64,000 nt of DNA from the human T2T-CHM13v2.0 reference genome, Homo sapiens (GCF_009914755.1 NC_060930.1), one strand, 5' to 3'. Numbered from the stretch's first letter, positions 1 to 16,724 are shown. The notes: generated from the sequence alone by a model not told the origin. Numbers and translations are program-made.

Positions 1-262
1 GATCAAGATGCTGGCATGTTTGGTGTCTGGTGAGGGCTGTCTTCTGATTCGTAGATGGAGTCTTGCCATGTCTGTCCCTATATGGCGGAAGGGGCAAATG
101 AGCTCTCCTTGGGCCCCTTTAAGGCCACTAACCCCATTTATGAGCATGGAGCCCTCATGACCTAGTCACCTCCCAAAGGCCCCACCTCTTAATACCATCA
201 CGTTTGAAAATAAGTTTCAACATGGGAATTTGGGAGGAAGCACAAACATTCAGACCATAGCA
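1..262 (-). mobile_element. MaLR LTR fragment (MST/MLT1A-like), truncated by window edge
   Basis: Typical MaLR text 'cacctcccaaaggccccacctcttaataccatcac...aaacattcagaccatagca'. Confidence 0.75.
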
Positions 263-481
263 AGTAGGGAGAGGAAAGAAAGGAGGTTAGTGCTCTGTAT
301 TAGAAAACAATTATTGAAAAACAATAAGCCTTAGGGAAAGTGTTCTATTCTTAATGTTGCTGCACCAGAATGAATCACTCATTAAGACTGAATCCTCTTC
401 TAAATAATTGACCCTGCTCCCTGTCCCATTTTGCATTTTTGTTGGTTCTCTGAATGACAGGTAGGATTGTGTGTCTTGCAG

Positions 482-934
<453 letters not shown>

Positions 935-1569
935 GACCCCTTCTTATTCTCCCAACCCTGAATGAAGCCTGGGCTACACAGGCTGCTTCTACTATAGGGG
1001 AACATTCTGAAGAGATTTTCTTCCAGGAACTTATAACTATTTGATTTCAAAGTCACCTCTAGAGATGACCACCTCTTATTTGTTTTTATAATCTTCTTTC
1101 CCTTCACTGTCCTTTTTTGGCATTTCATCTGTTCTTAAATGTTTATTTGGTATGATTAACATTTTGAGCTGCAATGAAGCCTTTATCTCTTTGTTGTTGA
1201 GGAGAAAACAGGGCCAAATTAGATTTTGGAAGTATCAGAATAAAGCTGCTCAATAAAAGCTATTCTTTCTTTACTCTGAATGGGCACTATGCCGAGAATA
1301 TGCTTATAGTGCAACCTTTTAAACGAGGGGGTAAACGTCATTAAAATGTGGTCACTTTGGGAATTTACGGCCCAAGTTGAATATATTTCAGGGACTCTGA
1401 GGCTCCTTATGGAAATGAAACCTCTACCATTTGTTAGCCTATCATATTTTTGCACTGGCTTATTTATTTATTTGACAAATTCTGCTGTTTGTGACCAGTT
1501 CACCTTAGACCACAGATGTTAAATTCAAGTTGCTAAATGACAGTGCTATTCAGACTCCTTTAAAAAGAA

Positions 1570-2328
<759 letters not shown>

Positions 2329-2467
2329 CTAGTCATCTGATTCTCTACTTTGGAGAAGTTCTATGTTGTTTTGACAGGGCTTATGGACTCTATAAGAGGA
2401 AGACAAGGAACGGGGGTTGAAATAAATGATGAGTTAGCCAACCTGGAGCATCTGCAGAGACATATAA

Positions 2468-2862
<395 letters not shown>

Positions 2863-3454
2863 AGATGCTTCATTTTTATCAGATAGGTTTTCAGTACTGT
2901 TTATGAGAGCTTGTCTCATGTAATAAACACAATGTTTCCTAGCTTCTGTGCTCAACTTGGCATTTGAAAAATATGTAATATCTGTGTTATTTTGCACTGT
3001 TATCCTAAGAGCAGGAATGAGCATTTTTGAGCCTCAGAAAAAGTTGTATCTTAGGAGATGTACATAAACAAGAGTAACAAAGAAAAAGGTTTGTATTCTT
3101 CTGAGTGAAAAGGGCTCAGGCAGAAATTGACCAGAGGGATTACTCAGAGGAGCCCCACAAATACAGGCTTCCTTTTGCTTTCTCTCTTCATTGGCACATT
3201 ACTTAGATATTCAGGCGTTGTCAACGAACCCACTACATTTTTACTTTTTTAGTTTCTTTTTTTGCCCAGCATTTTTAGTTGCCTTCTATATTATTTTACT
3301 TTTTTAGTTTTAGAGATGATGTCTTATATAATTCTGTATACTTAATATTTAGTATGTGTTCCCTTTCATATGTCAATTAGCAAGACATAAATTTGTTTTT
3401 CTTTTTAAAAAATTTGTTTTATAAAAGCATCAGATTGGTGGAAAATAATACTTT

Positions 3455-3765
3455 TTATTGTTTGTTTTTGTTTGTTTGTTTGTTTTTTCCAGACAGTGTC
3501 TCACTCTGTCGCCCAGGCTGGAGTGCAGTAACGCCATCATGGCTCACTGCAGCCTCTAGCTCCCAGGCTCTAGTGATCCTCCCACCCCAGCCTCCTGAGT
3601 AGCTGGGACCACAGACTGTGCCACCATGCCTGGCTATTTTTTTTTTCCTTTTTTTGTAGAGATAGGGTTTCATCATGTCTCTCAGACTGGTCTCAAATTC
3701 CTGGGCTCAAGCAGTCCACCTTCTTCAGCTCCCCAAGTGCTGGGATTACAGGTGTAAGCATTCAC
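3455..3765 (-). mobile_element. AluJ-like
   Basis: Diverged reverse Alu. Confidence 0.85.
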
Positions 3766-3946
3766 GCACTTAATAGTCCTACTCATATCCAATAACATTT
3801 TGTTTGCAAGGTGGCCAGCCCACATTGGGAGTGTGGTCTAAGTTGGTGGACTGAAAAAGACAAATCAGCCTGCCTGGAACCTGAGTCTGTGACCTTAACT
3901 TTAAGAAAAGAATTGTCTAACATAAAGCTTAAAATTTCCCAACCCA

Positions 3947-4595
<649 letters not shown>

Positions 4596-4707
4596 TAATT
4601 TTCCATTTGGCCTTTGAAATTCACTCCTGTCCTAACTTTGAGATCACAAGCATCCTGAGAAAGTAAGCATGAAAGTTCTGATATGTGTGTCCACATTCCT
4701 ATTGTAG

Positions 4708-4912
4708 GCTGTCACCTTGAACTGTGCCCACAGTTTCTGCTCCTACTGTATCAATGAATGGATGAAGCGGAAGATAGAATGCCCCATTTGTCGGAAGGAC
4801 ATTAAGTCCAAAACATACTCTTTGGTTCTGGACAATTGCATTAATAAGATGGTAAATAATCTGAGCTCAGAAGTGAAAGAACGACGAATTGTTCTCATTA
4901 GGGAACGAAAAG
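4708..4912 (+). CDS. RNF8: RNF8 RING exon (205 nt, phase 0/1): AVTLNCAHSFCSYCINEWMKRKIECPICRKDIKSKTYSLVLDNCINKMVNNLSSEVKERRIVLIRERK
   Basis: Acceptor ttgtag|G at 4707/4708 and donor AAAG|gtgagt at 4912/4913. Contains CAH-SFC-xxC...CPIC, completing the C3HC4 RING; in frame with the previous exon. Confidence 0.97.
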
Positions 4913-5639
4913 GTGAGTGGGTGTGAGAATTCCTACCCCTCAAGAAAGGACTTATTTACTTCCAAACTTCAACAAATATTTTTGGAAAGAGAAAGAGTCA
5001 GATAAACAATTCTTGAACTAGGGAAGAGATGGAATAAATGGGGAGGAGTAAAGGGAGTTAAAGATAATGCAGGAGAGGAAGAGTTGAGATAGAATTAACC
5101 GCAACTGTTACTTGAGCAGCAGGGAAGTGGGAGGCTAAGTATGTGTGCCTTGGTTGTGGGGGGATAAAATGAAGATGTGATTTAAAAAAATACACACAGT
5201 CAGACGTTTTGCTGTACCAGTCACTAGATGGTGCTGTTGTCAAGACACTTCAGTTGCTGTCCAGGTGTTGAAAAAACCTTGAGTTAAGTATACAGTGAGT
5301 TATAAATAGGATAGTAGGGCCAGGAATCTGATGCTGACTTGCAAGCACCTGTGGTTTGAAACTGGCCCTCTGCTGGTCAGCCAGAATGGAGGCAGCAGGC
5401 TTGTCACAGAGGCTGAGCAGGACGTGTGTCTGAGCCTCTTATGCCCAAGGAAGACATTCTGACCTGTGGGAGGGCAGAGTAGACTTTGAAAGCTGGTTCT
5501 TTGGAACTGAAGTTTTACCACTTTACTAACAGCTGTATGCTACTGGGTTTTGTGCCTAAATTTAAGCCCCCACAGATTTTCACTTCCAAGAGCTACTTGA
5601 TCTGACAGAATCCCATTGTTCTTCCTTTTCACCTCCCAT

Positions 5640-5960
5640 CACTCCATAAGCATTTACAGGAATACTACACTAGGCATCAGGAGAAAAAGTTAAATAAGAC
5701 ATTATCTCAGCCCTTACGGCACAAACAGTCTGGCGGAGGAGATAGAAAGGCAAGTAGATAGTGTGATGAGTTCCTTATCAGGGTGCTATGAAACTTCAAA
5801 GGAAGGGACACACCTGATTTGGCCTGGGGAGGTGCAGGTATGGGAAAAAGCTTCATCAAGGAAATGACATTTGAATGAGCCTTAAAGGTTCCCTAGGAGG
5901 TTAGCTTTCTAAGGAGAGGCAGTAGCACAAGCAAAACACAGAGGCATGAGAAGCAGTGAC
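5640..5960 (-). mobile_element. L2 fragment
   Basis: Diverged L2 3' end pattern (ggcatcagga...ggaaatgacatttgaatgagccttaaagg). Confidence 0.5.
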
Positions 5961-6265
5961 CTGTCCTGCCCCAGTTCCCAGTGTGGCCCACACAAGACAT
6001 AATATTCACATGATGTCAAGGCTTAGAAAGTATCTACGGAGGCTTTGTGAATTTTTTTTTCTTCCCTCTTTCCCTTTTTGAGAGGAGCAGTGATCTGGGA
6101 ATCCAGATTTGGCCAAGATCAGCTGAGTCGGGGGACGGGGTTGGGGGGTGGACCTAGGGACACCCATGGGCTTTCTTCGCCCAGTCTACCACCTAAGTTC
6201 CTTCCCTGCAATCTAAGCATGGCAAATGGCTTCACAAAACATCAGGGAAAGAAAAGGCTGGGCAC

Positions 6266-6546
6266 GGTGGCTCATGCCTGTAATCCCAGCACTTTGGGAG
6301 GCCAAGATGGGCAGATCACGAAGTCAGGAGTTCGAGACCAGCCTGGCCAACATGGTGAAAGCCCGTCTCTACTAAAAATACAAAAATTAGCCGGGCGTGG
6401 TGGCGCACACCAGTAGTCGCAGCTACTCAGGAGGCTGAGGCAAGAGAATCGTTTGAACCTGCAGAGGTTGCAGTGAGCCAAGATCGCACCACTGCACTCC
6501 AGCCTGGATGACAGAGCGGGACTCTGTCTCAAAAAAAAAAAAAAAA
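6266..6546 (+). mobile_element. AluS
   Basis: Sense Alu consensus with A tail. Confidence 0.92.
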
Positions 6547-7675
6547 GGAAAGAAGGGCCCTGGGCCCTGTGTCCTAAGTTTACGTCTGACTCCTATTACA
6601 CAGAGTTAATTCTGCAGAGTAATAACAGATCCCCCTTTTCTCTCCAAAGGCTAAAGAGGGTGTCTCTCACTTTTTTGGTAACACTAGGGGGCTACACAGT
6701 AAAATGAGTTAGCTTCCCTGTTACATGCATTGGCTGGGAGCACTTCTGGCACCCATCTTGGTTTCTGTAGTTATCACACTGAATGCAGCTTTGAAGTTTT
6801 CTCTAGAGACAGACAGGTTTTCTGAGACCTGATTTAGGGAAAGACATGCCAGAGCTATCAACAGCTTCACTGGGTTTAGAGAAAATTCTCAGTTTAAATA
6901 CCAACCTTCCTTCCATATTCCAAGGCCAATTGAAAGCTGGTTTAATCCCTGTTGCATGGGAATTTTTAAAAAGGACCAAATTTAGGATCTGGAAACTAGG
7001 ATTGGCAAGCCTGTAATTGTCAGAGTCCCATCACTGCAGGCCCTGGAGCAGGAATTGCTCTTATAAATTCAGAGGAGACCTGCCTGCCTGTGGCCACAGG
7101 GTGTTGCCCATGCAGACATGCCTGTATTCTGATTTCACCAAGAACAGCCTCACTTCTAGGCCTCCTGGGCTGGTTATTGAAGTTTCATATGTTAGTGGGA
7201 GGAGTAGAGTCTCATGACTGATTAGCCATTGATCTCTTGTGTGAGACCAGAGGAGAGGAAGAGGATGGGAGTGTTAGGATGCTGGGTCCTGAGTTGGAGA
7301 TGGATGCTCTGGAGCTAGGACAGATAACAGACATTCAGTAAGTCTTGTATCATGAGTCACTGTGGCTCTCTGGGATATTGACATGAGATTTTTTCTGAAT
7401 GGAAAAGTTTTTTTGAAATCCCCTATAGAGTATCTCCCTCTGGAGCTGGTGAGGTGAGAGAGCAGTCTTCTGTCAGCTCCTCCCCTCCCGTTTCTTCTGT
7501 TCTCATTCGATGTTAGTTGGTTGACAAGAGTGTTAAAACTCTTCTGTTTTGCTTTTCCTAGCGGTTTCTTTGGGTTGTACTCAGAAAAAAAACAAGCAAT
7601 GTAGAAATAAAATCTCCTTGGTCCTTTAGAACAGTGATTTTCAACCAAGGGGCTTTTTCAAACTACATTCCTTAG

Positions 7676-7999
<324 letters not shown>

Positions 8000-8489
8000 C
8001 CTTGCTGCTGTAATAGTGAATTGTGGCTACTAGTGAGAGTGTGCCATGGCCTTCACGTGTGCTGAGGTGGGGAGAGGCATTTGTGAACTATTGTGTGAAT
8101 CTGTGACACAAAGACCCCTCCAGAGGTTGGGGGTGTCTGGGGAGATGGATCCAGGTCAGACCACATGGCCTGTATCTCTTGCCAGCTTCTTATAGGCTAA
8201 GTAGAGGGTGGACCTAACACAGGGCAGGAGAAACTGGCAAAGCCCAGGCTCTGAAGAGTATCCATCAGCCCACCTGTAAGGCTTTCCCTGATATTGCCCA
8301 TCCTCCTTTGCTGAAAGACAGCCTTTTAAAGGGATGTTTGAAGGAGTGGCAGCAGTAATCCTCTCTCTTCCAGAGAGAATACTTATTAGCAGGTAGTTGT
8401 AACCTACTCAGTCCTGTCCCTGGAGAATCAGGGTCATTTGCAGGAAGTTAGCATTTCTGCCTGCCTTGTATAAGACAGTGTTTGTCTAA

Positions 8490-9310
<821 letters not shown>

Positions 9311-9413
9311 CTATTCATCTCCCTTCTTTTTTCCTTCTCTTCTTTTGTGTCCTAGTATCCTTCCTTATCATCAAAATGTAGTTTTTCCTCTGTTTAATTT
9401 CTTTCCTTTGTCA

Positions 9414-9693
9414 TTTTTTTTTTTTTTTTTGAAAAAGGCTGGTGTGCAGTGGCATGATCACGGCTCACTGTAGCCTTGGCCTTCTGGGCTCAGGTAATCC
9501 TCTTACCTCAGCCTCCCAAGTAGCTGGGACCACAGGCATGTGCCACCACACCCAGCTAATTTTTTGTATTTTTTGTAGAGATGGGATTTCACCATGTTGC
9601 CCAGGCTGATCTTGAACTCCTGAGCTCGAGCAATCCACCCGCCTCAGCCTCCCAAAGTGCCAGGATTACAGGTGTGAGCCACTGCACCTGGGC
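9414..9693 (-). mobile_element. AluJ-like
   Basis: Reverse Alu consensus. Confidence 0.85.
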
Positions 9694-10926
9694 TAATTTT
9701 TTTCCCCTATCACTCTTATTGGCACCTCAGAATACACAGTTTGAAATGACAAGGGCATCATAGGAACTATTCACCTAGTGAAACTTAGTAAAAGTCTGCT
9801 GTGGGATTAATTGGACTGTATGGAGTAGCAACCCAGGAAGTCCTAGAACCTTGAATTCTTTATTGTCTCTGTAATCCTTGTGATTTCCGAATGGTCCTTC
9901 CATCTGGAGGTCAAAAGGCTGTTCTGTGCATTTGTGCTCTGTGGTAGAGTGTCTTCTCCCTTTCACCAAAAGCTACTACCGCCCTGCAGGCACCCGGAAA
10001 AGTTTTCACAGCTTAGGAGAGTGGCCTTCCTAGATGCTATTAATCATCTTTCAGTACACCCTAAATGTATGGAAGATTGAGTTTGAGGGAACCATGCATG
10101 CCAGAGTTGAGAGATCCAGGGCTGACTTTGACTGCTGGGCTACAATAGCTTTAAATACACCCTGAGGAGTCCAATGCAGGAGAGTCAGTGACTCCAATGA
10201 GCCCTGCACCATGTTGCACTGAAAGTGAAAATCAGTGGTTGCTGGCCATGGTGGGATCCCATCGCTGCTGGAGGCTGCAGCCCAGCTATCAGCCCACCAG
10301 CCTAGCTTGTCCATCAGGCTGGGAAAAGGGCCTGGAGATGGAACATGAGCAGTTCTGGCCATCTCTGGTGTTTAGCAGGAGACACTTCAGATTGTTCATT
10401 GCTATTTCCCACAGTAAAATTTTCTCCTGCCCTTTTTTGATTTTTAGTGATAACACAGTTATTTTGGCCCTCTAAAAAATGGATCCTCTTTCCCTCCTAA
10501 CGTGTAATTTTATCATTTTTCATACCTACTTCCAGGAATGTCTATTGTAGGAGACTACCTGTGCAAATATAGAGTAGCGTCATTAACCAAAGCAGCTTTT
10601 CTTTGAGTTTCTTGGTTAACCCTAGATGAACACTGAGTATTTTTAGAGCAAGCTCAAATAAGTTGATATTCTATGAACTAATCATAGAGAATGGCTGATT
10701 ATACCTTATCAGCTGGATATATATTCTGTCCAACTGCCTACTGCTATGGTTCTTAAGAAATCTGATATAACTAGACATGCTCCTTTTCCTGGCTAGGGCT
10801 TCTACTTCAGTTACTTTCTGTATCCTGGAGAGTTTGGACTGCTTTTACACTTGTCTCATTAAACTTGAGCCAGAACCAACCCCAAAGAAATATCTCTTAC
10901 TTGCTTCCTTTCTTCTGGGTCTTTCC

Positions 10927-11199
<273 letters not shown>

Positions 11200-11209
11200 C
11201 TGGGTCTTT

Positions 11210-13330
11210 CCTTTTTCTTAGCACCTACTAAATGCTAAGTGCTTGGGGATAAAAGCAAAGAGGGCATGTGCAGTCTCTCCCCTCATGGAACTTTTGCTCT
11301 AAGTGCAGGCCCTAGGTTCCTTATAGTAAAGTCCTACAATATGAGAAATAAAGGGTGCTAAGTCAAGGAAAGGCTTCCCTGAGTCAGTGAAGGACATGGA
11401 GTGTATTTTAGGTGAAAGGACAAGAAGCAAAAGCAAGGGGTTTTTAGGGGCTGAGAGAAGTACAGAGTGCTAGAGAGAATATTGAGCATTCAGCCTGGAA
11501 AAGTTGGCAGGACTGGGTCATGCAGGGTGTTACAGACATGTTGCAGAGTTAGTCTAGGGGCAGGGGGAAACAGAAGATATGAAGTGGAGATCTGACTGTT
11601 GATGTTTGTGTTTTTCTGGATAGGTTAGTCTGGCTGTAGTGAAGAGACGACATGGTGCTGGGAACAAGAATAAAGGCAGTAATCATGGCCAGTGATGATG
11701 GTGGCTAGGTTAGAGAAGTAGCAGCAGGGATGGCCAGAGTGGATAGATTCAAGAGGTAGTTAAGGAGGTAGAATCCACAGGTCTGTGGGACTGATGTGCT
11801 GTGGGGACTGCAAGGGAGCTCAGATCATGTCTAGGTTTCTTTCTATTGGGGCACCTGAGTTGATGATGATGCATTTACTAAAATAGGAGTAGTTGGAGCA
11901 GACAAATTTAGTTTTCAACTGGAAAGTTTAAGGCACCTGAGGACATCAATGGAGCTGTTCAGTGGTTATTTGAATGTGTGGATCTGGAGCCTGAAGGACA
12001 GGCCAAGTTGAGATTCTAGGTTTGGGGATCATGAGCCATGGAAGTGGATGAACCACTGTTACCGTCTCTGTGGTATTAAGAGCCAAAGGGCAAGTTCTTA
12101 GCCATGAGAAACACCAACATTAGGGGATGAGTAGTAGAAGAGGGGCCTGCAGGGCAGACTGATGAATGGCCAAAGAGAGAGATGGAAAAAGAGGGATGTG
12201 GGGCAGGGATGTGGGGCAGGCAGAGCTGGCACATGCCTGTCCTCACAGCTACTTAGGAGGCTGAGGTGAGAGGATCACTTGAAGCCAGGAGTTCAAGACC
12301 AGCCTGGGCAACATAGTGAGACCCCCATCTCAAAAAAAAAAAAAATTAGGCATGATGGCATATGCCTGTGATCCCACCTACTCAGGAGGCTGAGGCTGGA
12401 GCATCCCTTGAACCCAGGAGTTTAAGTCTCCAGTAAGCTGTGACTGTGCCACTGTACTCCAGCCTGGGCAAAAGAGCCAGACCCTATCTCTTTAAAAAAA
12501 AAAAAAGACATTACATGGTGTCCTTTGAGCCTTCCTGGCCACACTCTTGTCTAGGGTAGATCCCCCTCATTACATTGCCCTATATTTCTTTGAAAGCATT
12601 TACCAGATTGAAATAATATTTGTTAGTGTACTCTTGCCTCTAGATTTCCGAACTCCTTGAGGGCAGGAATTTTATCTTTCTCCTTGTAGTATTTTCAGGG
12701 CATTGAAGAGTGTTTGGCACATGGTAGCTCTTCAGTAAATATGTGTTTATGAAGAGTTATAAAGTGAGAAGTCAGCGTTTGAAATGCTGCTGAGACATTA
12801 AACAAGATAAGGATGAAAAATTGCCCATTGAGTATGCAGGCATGTGGGATATCGGTGACTTTATCTAGTATAAGTTGTGGGGGATGGTGGAGTCAGAAGT
12901 CAGTTTACAGTGATTGGGGAGTGAGTATGAGGTGAGGAAGTACAGAAAGAATAGATAACTTCTTCACAAAATTTGGCTGTGACTAAGATGGGGAGGACCA
13001 CCACCAAAAGAAGGCTGTATTTGGAGGAGGAAGTAGGGTGAAATGGGGTTTTTGTTGTTTTTTAAAGACGAGATTTGAGCATGTTCCATTGCAGATTGAA
13101 AGGAGCCTGTACAGAAGGGCATGCTGGAAAGCCAAGATAGCAGGTAGGGCATGACTCGTTGGAAAGCAGGGGAAGACAGGGAGTACAGAGCTCAGAAAGC
13201 AATTAGTCTTTAAGAGGAGAAGTGTGCATTCTTTGTTTTATAGAAAGAAGAGTATCGTGGGGGGGTGGGGCAAGGAAGTTTGCTTGAGGGGTGTCCAGAG
13301 AATTTCTTTCTTGTGGCTTCTGTATTCTTC
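11210..13330 (-). mobile_element. Long degenerate L2, interrupted by an Alu (12216-12506, +) and another L2 piece
   Basis: Purine-rich L2 reverse pattern (gcacctactaaatgctaagtgcttggggata...). Confidence 0.6.
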
Positions 13331-13689
13331 TGTGAGCTAATAGTTGAGGCTGTTAGCTAAGAGGGAGGGAACCCTACTTGGTTCTCTCTCTCCAAGGCTG
13401 AGGGCATGCCCAGCCCCAAGGCCCACCACCTCAAAGGCTACCCAGAAGTGGGAGACGAATAACTTCTGTAGTCCTTTCAATCCCCCTAACAAAGCATTCC
13501 AGAATTCAGTCTCAGAGAAAGGGGACAATTTGGTTGGTGACTTTATTGTGCCTTTGGCATAGGCCAGGATTCCCACAAGGAAGCGGACTATTGGAAAAGC
13601 CTGGAGGCTAGTAAGTAAACAGCCTTTCTTGTCCCCTCCCTCTCTGAACACAGGAAGAATTCCCGCCTCTCCCTGCCTATTCCTGTATA

Positions 13690-14250
13690 TAATTCATTCC
13701 TTTCTTTAACATCTTTAACAGATATATTGAGGGCCAGATTTGTGCTAGGCACTGTTCTAGATGCTGAGAATGTAAAAAGTGAAAATCTAAGTTAGATGTA
13801 ATTCATGCTATGGAGAAAAATCAAGCAAGAAGGGGAGAAGGGGTGATGGTGAAAGCCTTGGCAATTCTTGATAGGGTAATCAAGGAAGGCACCTCTGAGC
13901 AGGAACTATTTGAGGGAAGCTCTGAAGGAGGTGGCCATGCTGCCATGTAGGGAAAGAGGGAATGGTAAGGGGGAGCATGCTGGTATGTGGGAGGGGCAGC
14001 AAGGAGGCTAGTGCTGGGGAGTGGAGTGAGCGCTGGGGAGTGGGTAGGAGAGGAAGCTTGAGCAAGACGCAGATTTTGTAGGGCCTTGTAGGCCTTTGAA
14101 AGGACTTTGACTTTAACTCACTGTGAGAGGAATGAGGAGTGGGCTTTGAGCAGAGAGTGACATGATCTGACTTCTGTTTTCTCAGTTCGCTATGGCTGCT
14201 GTGTGAGGAAGAGACAGGGTGGCGAGGCTGGAAGCAGGGAGTCCACGGAA
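13690..14250 (-). mobile_element. L2a fragment ending just upstream of the RNF8 last-exon acceptor
   Basis: 'tgtgctaggcactgttctagatgctgag...gagcagagagtgacatgatctgactt'. Confidence 0.7.
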
Positions 14251-14299
14251 GGGAAATACAGGCTCCTCATTTATTTATTTCTCTTCTTTTTCTCCAAAG

Positions 14300-14316
14300 C
14301 AAAGAGATTGTTCTGA
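14300..14316 (+). CDS. RNF8: RNF8 terminal coding segment: (G)CA AAG AGA TTG TTC TGA = AKRLF*
   Basis: Polypyrimidine tract plus aag| at 14299. Phase-1 join to the RING exon gives the known C-terminus ...RERKAKRLF. Confidence 0.93.
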
Positions 14317-14410
14317 AGACCGTGCTCTAAGGGCATTTGAAAGACTGCCAGGTAGTGCGAGCCTGAGATGGTCTGGAGGATTCTCTCTAGCCGTGACTCC
14401 GCTGCTCTGA
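14300..14410 (+). CDS. RNF8: Alternative-frame C-terminus used if the RING exon is skipped: QRDCSEDRALRAFERLPGSASLRWSGGFSLAVTPLL*
   Basis: Phase-0 join 589->14300 reads the open frame of ORF 14219..14410; matches my recollection of the shorter RNF8 isoform. Confidence 0.75.
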   Translation, partial: QRDCSEDRALRAFERLPGSASLRWSGGFSLAVTPLL

Positions 14411-14771
14411 AGGTCAACTGAGAAGTCTTGTGGGACAGAGACTTGAGTTAGGAAGCCCTCAGTCACTTGCCTTCCACGGTGGCCAGCCCTGCTGCCATCA
14501 TTGGCTGAAGCACCACCAGGATTCACGGCACCCAACTGCTTCAGGGTACTTCGTAGACTCTGCCTCACTACATGTCGAAAGAGTTATTTGAGTTCTCTTC
14601 TGTTTTTTTTTAATTTGTTGTTGTTGTTACTGTTTTGATACCTCGGAAACACCTCCGTTGACAGTTGTTTTGGATAGGTTGGGTGTACCCCATGGCTGCC
14701 TCTGAAGGCAGTGTCTATTTTGAGAGGATGGCTTACCTCTTCTTTGTGAAAATACTATCTCATTTCCTGGA

Positions 14772-14777
14772 AATAAA
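14772..14777 (+). terminator. RNF8: Candidate proximal poly(A) signal AATAAA
   Basis: AATAAA followed by GT-rich 'gggctttggtgtattt'. Confidence 0.55.
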
Positions 14778-15199
14778 ATGTAAAACCTGTCAGTTGCTCA
14801 GCTGGGCTTTGGTGTATTTACCTTCCTTCCCTTCCTGCTCCCAGACAGTCTCACAAGTAAACACCAGCAGCTCATAGATTACAACCAAGAAAGTGACTGT
14901 ATCAGATGATAGACTTCAAGTGAATGTCAGCCTAAGAGGCCAAGCTGCAGATCGTGGCAACAGATGAGCTCTGTTAACCTCCTGACTGTCGTGTTTCCTT
15001 TTTATTACAGAGGTGGGTCACTGTTTACCTTGTTTCAGGGGTGGGAGAAACTCCTTTCCTTCAGCTGGCATTTGAATGTTTCCAAATCTATTTTATCTGA
15101 CGTCATGAACACACAGGCAATGATTTTATGACAACTTGATGTGCTTTTTTCTTTATTTTTCTTTTACATTAGAAGTTTTCTCTCTTTTCTCCACCTCTC

Positions 15200-15508
<309 letters not shown>

Positions 15509-15879
15509 TATACCCCATGTATTTTCATAAAGGGTTGGAAACTATTGATTGCCAACTTTTTAAGGATGGTAGGGATTTTTTCTTTGTTGAATATACTGTG
15601 AATTTTGGGATTCTGGAGTCCTTAGTCTTCATTTCCATTCTTCTGCCCATGATTACTGATCAAAATACTGGTAGAGTCATGGAGGAAGTAAGTTAAATGT
15701 GGAAAAAATGCTTTAAAAGTACTTACTATAACCACATCATAAGAATTCTGGAAAAATAGAGAACAAAAGGAAAAGATTGTTACCACCTTGATTTAATAAC
15801 TTCTTGTTTCCCCATACATGTGTTTTGTTTATAGATTGCATGGGTATATGTCAATTTTTATATGTTCTGTGTTTAGTTT

Positions 15880-16350
15880 ACATATTGTAATTCATTTTTA
15901 AGAGAGTACAGACATACACTTTTTGAGTAGGCAATATGTTCACATAGTTTGAAATTAAAGGTACAAAATGGCGTAGAATGAAATGCCTCTCACCCTTTCC
16001 CCACAGCGACTACTTCCCACTCAGAGGCAACAAGTATTACAGTTGCTTGTATATTCTTCCAGAGATCTCTGTCTATACAAGCAAAAACACATGTGGTCTT
16101 TTTCCTTGCTTTGCACAAATGGTAAACTGTACGCTATTCTGAACCTTGCTTTTTTCAGATATATGTTGGCAACAGTTCCATGTCAGTACATAGTTTCCTT
16201 TCTTTATTACAGCTGCCTGTTTTTTCATTGTGTATTTGCACCATCATTTACTTTTCTGGCTTACTTTTGATAGAAATCTAGGTTGGTTCAAACCTTTTTA
16301 CTCTTAAAACAATGCTGCAGTTAACACCCTTGTACATATATCTTTAGAGA
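15880..16350 (-). mobile_element. Old L1 (L1ME-like) 3' remnant in 3'UTR
   Basis: 'cttcccactcagaggcaac...aatgctgcagttaacacccttgtacatatatct'. Confidence 0.6.
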
Positions 16351-16384
16351 GAAGATATTTTAAAAAGAAATACCTTTTTAAAAA

Positions 16385-16511
16385 TTATTTTATTATTTTT
16401 TAATAGAGACTATGTTGCCTAGGCTGGTCTTGAAATTCTGGGCTAAAGCAATCCTACCACCTTGGCCTCCCAAAGTGCTGAGATTACAGGCATGAGCCAT
16501 TGCACCTGGCC
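16385..16511 (-). mobile_element. Alu monomer (FLAM-like)
   Basis: Left-monomer reverse sequence only. Confidence 0.75.
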
Positions 16512-16724
16512 AAGAAGAGACATCTTGACTTGAGCCTGAAGACTATGTACAGAGACTGACCTCACAGACTGACCATTCCATCCCACAGCTGCTGGACATA
16601 GAGTGATTTGCAGCCCCTCCTTTCAGAGTACCACATCCCTCTCAAGTGTTCCACAACATCTAGGAAAGTGAGCTCTTAAAGACAGACTAAAAAGAGTAAT
16701 AAATCAATACAACAACATTAAAAG

